Source: an uncultured Candidatus Saccharibacteria bacterium (GTDB lineage: Bacteria; Patescibacteriota; Saccharimonadia; Saccharimonadales; UBA4665). Taken from it: a stretch of DNA of 29,671 nucleotides. Within the stretch, counting starts at the first letter, position 1. Every line of letters starts with the position of its first letter. The DNA is taken from contig CAITDW010000081.1 in assembly GCA_903891235.1 (NCBI GenBank), forward strand, positions 1-29,671, read 5' to 3'. Shown here one piece after another: positions 26,852 to 29,671 of the stretch. The notes below the pieces were generated by a model. The model ran no database searches. It was not told the DNA's origin and saw only the letters and a program-made list of their open reading frames with translations. Both the position numbers and the translations under genes were made by a program.

Positions 26852-27884
26852 TTAGTGCAAGTTTATTACAACTTCACCATCCAGACCTTCGCTTGTTTTT
26901 TCGCCCTCATGCTGGATCGCTGCAACACTTAAATCATTATTACTTGCCATATTTATTATATCAGGACTAGGGGTATGTGTCATCATAGCTTGGCGAGCTT
27001 TTTCTGCTTCTAATAATGCAAGCCGGTCCTGCTCTAATTCCTCTGGAGTTTTAATATATTTTATGTGTGAATTGTATTCTTGTTTTAGTCTATCGTGTTT
27101 TTGATGAAGTTCTTGGTTAATCTCACGCTCTTGCTCGGGAGTAAAACCAGTGTCTACTTGTGCTAATGTTGAGGTTGCACCAGAAACTTGATTTTGACTA
27201 AACCACTTATTTTCTGGAGTATTTGAATGGATAATATTTTTTGTTGATTCAATTAGAGCCTGGCGATGTCTTTCTTCGGATTCTTTTATTTTTTCGGTAA
27301 ATTTGAATGCGGTGGTATTATTTTTCTCATCAAGGATATCATCTCTTAGATTAATATCAGTAACTGGTGCTTCTTCTACAGCATTTGTACCCGTTAATCT
27401 ATCCTCATTGGCAATTACCGTAGGTCCTACTGACTGGTTGGTAGATAGATTTACGTTTACATTTTTAGTAGCCCAACCCCTAGTATCAATAGTTTCAGCT
27501 AGTACTTTTAATCTACTCTGGACTTCATCTCTAGATAGACCATTTGTGTAGTTAATTTTGACTCTCTTTGGTGCATTAATTTGAACTAAGTTTTTTACTC
27601 CGCTCTGATTCCAAACTCTATTATGGGGATAGATTAAATATTTTAATTTAGCTAACGCCCAAACTTCAGTTGGTTGGTCTCTTCCCCATGGAATTGCAAA
27701 AAAAGCAGCAAACAAAGCTATTGGTAAAAAAACAATGAGCAGGAAGGCAACATGTTTTGAATAAACTAAAAAGCTTAAGTATAAGAAGAACAGTGACACA
27801 TGCAAATATAAACTGAACTAACGACAAAGGCCCAATTAACTTGTCCTCTGCCTCTATATCTTGAATTACTTTATATGTTGCCAT
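26852..27884 (-). pseudogene. prgI: PrgI family (VirB3-like) T4SS membrane protein with long C-terminal extension, split by a frameshift near 27780-27817
   Basis: The PrgI-type N-terminus MATYKVIQDIEAEDKLIGPLSLVQFI is in ORF 27666-27884. Its TM continuation LYLSFL...PWGRDQPTE is in the +1 frame (ORF 26852-27805, open from 27817). May be an assembly indel. Confidence 0.8.
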
Positions 27885-27927
27885 TACATTCCTATTTTAA
27901 CTTTTACTACTTATTTTTTCTAGATTA

Positions 27928-29671
27928 TCAAGGTAATGGTTGGCGAGCTCTGCCTTGAGCTGCAGTATCAGCTGCACCATTAGTTGCCGCCCAGCCAGTA
28001 TAATGAGAATCAGCTGATGCGCCAGGCGATGGTGGTCCAGCAACTCCACCAGGTAATGGTGCTGATGCATCAATTAGTTCTTGTGCAGCAGTTGCAAGAG
28101 CTGGGTTAACTTTACCGCCCGTAGCCATTTCATTAAGTTCAACTTTATGTCTGGCGTAGTTTTCGAAATCTTGCTGAGAGCCAGATCCACTATTGATTCT
28201 TCTAACCAGATCATCATGAACTGATCTAAGCGCCTCAGGTCTTTGTGCAGCCATTTCTTTATGATCCAACTTGTTCCATGCTTCACTTGGATTATATTGA
28301 GTGCTATCATGGTTACCCAAATCTGCTCTTGAAGGAGTAACAGCTTTTTTATTATTACGCATAAATTGTTGTGCAGTTCCAGCGTTTGGACCCGAGAAAC
28401 CATTAACATTACCTGCTGAGTCGACTGTTACATTTGAACCAGATGCCCTAGCAGAATTTCTCATCATCTGATTGTGACCTTCAACTCCTTCAGCAAAACC
28501 AGAGCCATTTTCTGCAAGTTGCTGAGCGGCTGCTTGCATAGTACCCCTAGTCCTAGGAGTACTTCTAGCGGCGGCTATGGCTGAGTCCCAGGCTGCGACC
28601 CTAGAGCTATCTCCACTCGCAACAGCTGCTGCACGTTCACTTCTAGCATGATCCATATCTTGTAGAGCCCACAGGTAATCGTCATTCTTATTGTTGGCTT
28701 GCCAGTTTCTATTTTTAGATAACTCTTCATTAGCCCATTGTGTATCAAAACCAGACTTACGAGCCGCGGCAGCAGTTCTACCTTGCCCTCTGAATGCTCC
28801 TCTGGTTCTTGTAGCTAAAGATCCAGCACTTAGACCAAATCTCTCTCTTTGATACTTGTTGCGTTTCTTGACTCTATTGCCTCGGCTATTTGGATCATTT
28901 GGATTACCTTTAATTGCAGCATTACCGCGCTTTCTTAGATTACTGAGCCCACCACTGACAGATCCAACAACGCCGCCAGATAATTTGAAAGCAAACGGAA
29001 TAAGAAATAGCGGCGCACATACAGCAATAATTGCTATAAATTTTGCTAGAAAATCTTCCAATCCGAAAGGATTGGCGTTAAATACAATCGACATTACCTC
29101 AGCCATACATAAAAGCGCGACAACTATTGGATAGACTGCAAGCGTTTTTATGAGTATACCCCACCATTTTTTGAAATAAGTCTCTGTGTTTGGTAAGCAA
29201 TATAATGAGAATGCTACTGGAGAAATCATAAGCAAAAGTATAAGAACAGCCTGTCTAAAGAGTAGTGTTAGTAGTACTCCAAGAATAGCTAGAAAGATAG
29301 GTAGAACTACAAAGATGATTAGGTATAAAGCAGCATCTCCAAGACCCGAGAGAATAGATGGTTTTCCTCCCCTTACTGCCGTGGATGTGCCTGTCGCAGG
29401 AACGGCTGATGAACCCGTTCCTTTTAGTGATCTATATAGACCACCTAGAGCTATGCCACCCAGTAGTAAGCCAAGACCCGCAAACATTCCTAGAAATACG
29501 GTTGTGTCACTGGGCCCGGTTATGTTCAGCTTCCACAAATTATTCTGAGAAAACGGCGCCTTAATAAGATCATACACTCCACCACCTAGGATATTAAACA
29601 CATCCTCAAGCGCAGCTACTATATATATAGAAAGATTAATAAGAACTACAGCTACCAATATCCTAGGTAAC
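27928..29671 (-). CDS. VirB6/TrbL-like polytopic T4SS membrane protein (5' end beyond the window)
   Basis: The frame is open to the edge (LPRILVAVVLINLS). Several TMs with RQAVLILLLMISPVAFSLYCLPNTETYFKKWW, a VirB6-type pattern, then a ~340-aa soluble tail. Confidence 0.75.
   Translation of the reverse strand, partial: LPRILVAVVLINLSIYIVAALEDVFNILGGGVYDLIKAPFSQNNLWKLNITGPSDTTVFLGMFAGLGLLLGGIALGGLYRSLKGTGSSAVPATGTSTAVRGGKPSILSGLGDAALYLIIFVVLPIFLAILGVLLTLLFRQAVLILLLMISPVAFSLYCLPNTETYFKKWWGILIKTLAVYPIVVALLCMAEVMSIVFNANPFGLEDFLAKFIAIIAVCAPLFLIPFAFKLSGGVVGSVSGGLSNLRKRGNAAIKGNPNDPNSRGNRVKKRNKYQRERFGLSAGSLATRTRGAFRGQGRTAAAARKSGFDTQWANEELSKNRNWQANNKNDDYLWALQDMDHARSERAAAVASGDSSRVAAWDSAIAAARSTPRTRGTMQAAAQQLAENGSGFAEGVEGHNQMMRNSARASGSNVTVDSAGNVNGFSGPNAGTAQQFMRNNKKAVTPSRADLGNHDSTQYNPSEAWNKLDHKEMAAQRPEALRSVHDDLVRRINSGSGSQQDFENYARHKVELNEMATGGKVNPALATAAQELIDASAPLPGGVAGPPSPGASADSHYTGWAATNGAADTAAQGRARQPLP

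Noticed and set aside
27768-27773. CTT-TTT as a prfB-like programmed +1 frameshift site in prgI
   Set aside because: No adjacent in-frame stop or internal SD is seen, and the +1 frame already gives the better-looking TM sequence (LYLSF) upstream of this site.
19972-29564. Track ORFs 19972-20241, 20416-20601, 22346-22630, 23043-23279, 23222-23662, 24485-24703, 25532-25738, 27303-27551, 28074-28409, 28856-29134, 29186-29548, 29358-29564
   Set aside because: Shadow ORFs of the long, relatively GC-richer T4SS genes; no independent starts or motifs.
18259-29671. Integrative conjugative element or other mobile element
   Set aside because: No integrase, relaxase, transposase, att repeat or cargo genes are visible, and the operon abuts core recF. 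Not excluded beyond the right edge.
1-29671. Alternative genetic code (TGA=Gly, as in Gracilibacteria/Absconditabacteria) or stop recoding to explain broken genes
   Set aside because: TGA ends intact genes (3302-3304, 18846-18848, 24062-24064, 27928-27930), and the interrupting codon is TAA, which is used as a normal stop elsewhere.
1-29671. tRNA, rRNA, CRISPR array, strong intrinsic terminators
   Set aside because: Intergenic gaps are short, and none shows a cloverleaf, a repeat-spacer pattern or a GC-rich hairpin with a U-tract.

Overview
This is a gene-dense, AT-rich bacterial chromosome segment that spans the replication origin. Gene content and protein style point to Patescibacteria/CPR, class Saccharimonadia (TM7); this is an inference, not a database result. 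The standard genetic code applies (TGA is used as a terminal stop). There are three blocks. (1) About 0.25-12.2 kb: a surface-glycan locus with five glycosyltransferases, a Wzm/Wzt ABC exporter, a coiled-coil methyltransferase broken by one in-frame TAA, and an unusual GT-C-like membrane protein fused to a PIG-L deacetylase. (2) About 12.2-18.25 kb: the origin cluster jag-yidC-rnpA-rpmH <> dnaA-oriC-dnaN-recF, with DnaA boxes on both sides of dnaA. rpmH is missing from the ORF track. (3) About 18.26 kb to the right edge: a minus-strand, monoderm-type type IV secretion-like operon (virB6-like, frameshifted prgI, TraC/TrsD-like, virB4, a 901-aa exported protein, a three-domain cell-wall hydrolase and two small membrane proteins). 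The most interesting items are the SGNH + lysozyme-like + NlpC/P60 hydrolase, the GT-C/PIG-L fusion, the WbdD-like chain-capping module and a 90-codon ORF that exactly tiles oriC. No tRNA, rRNA, CRISPR array, integrase, relaxase or IS element was seen. All family calls come from motifs read by eye; no searches were run.
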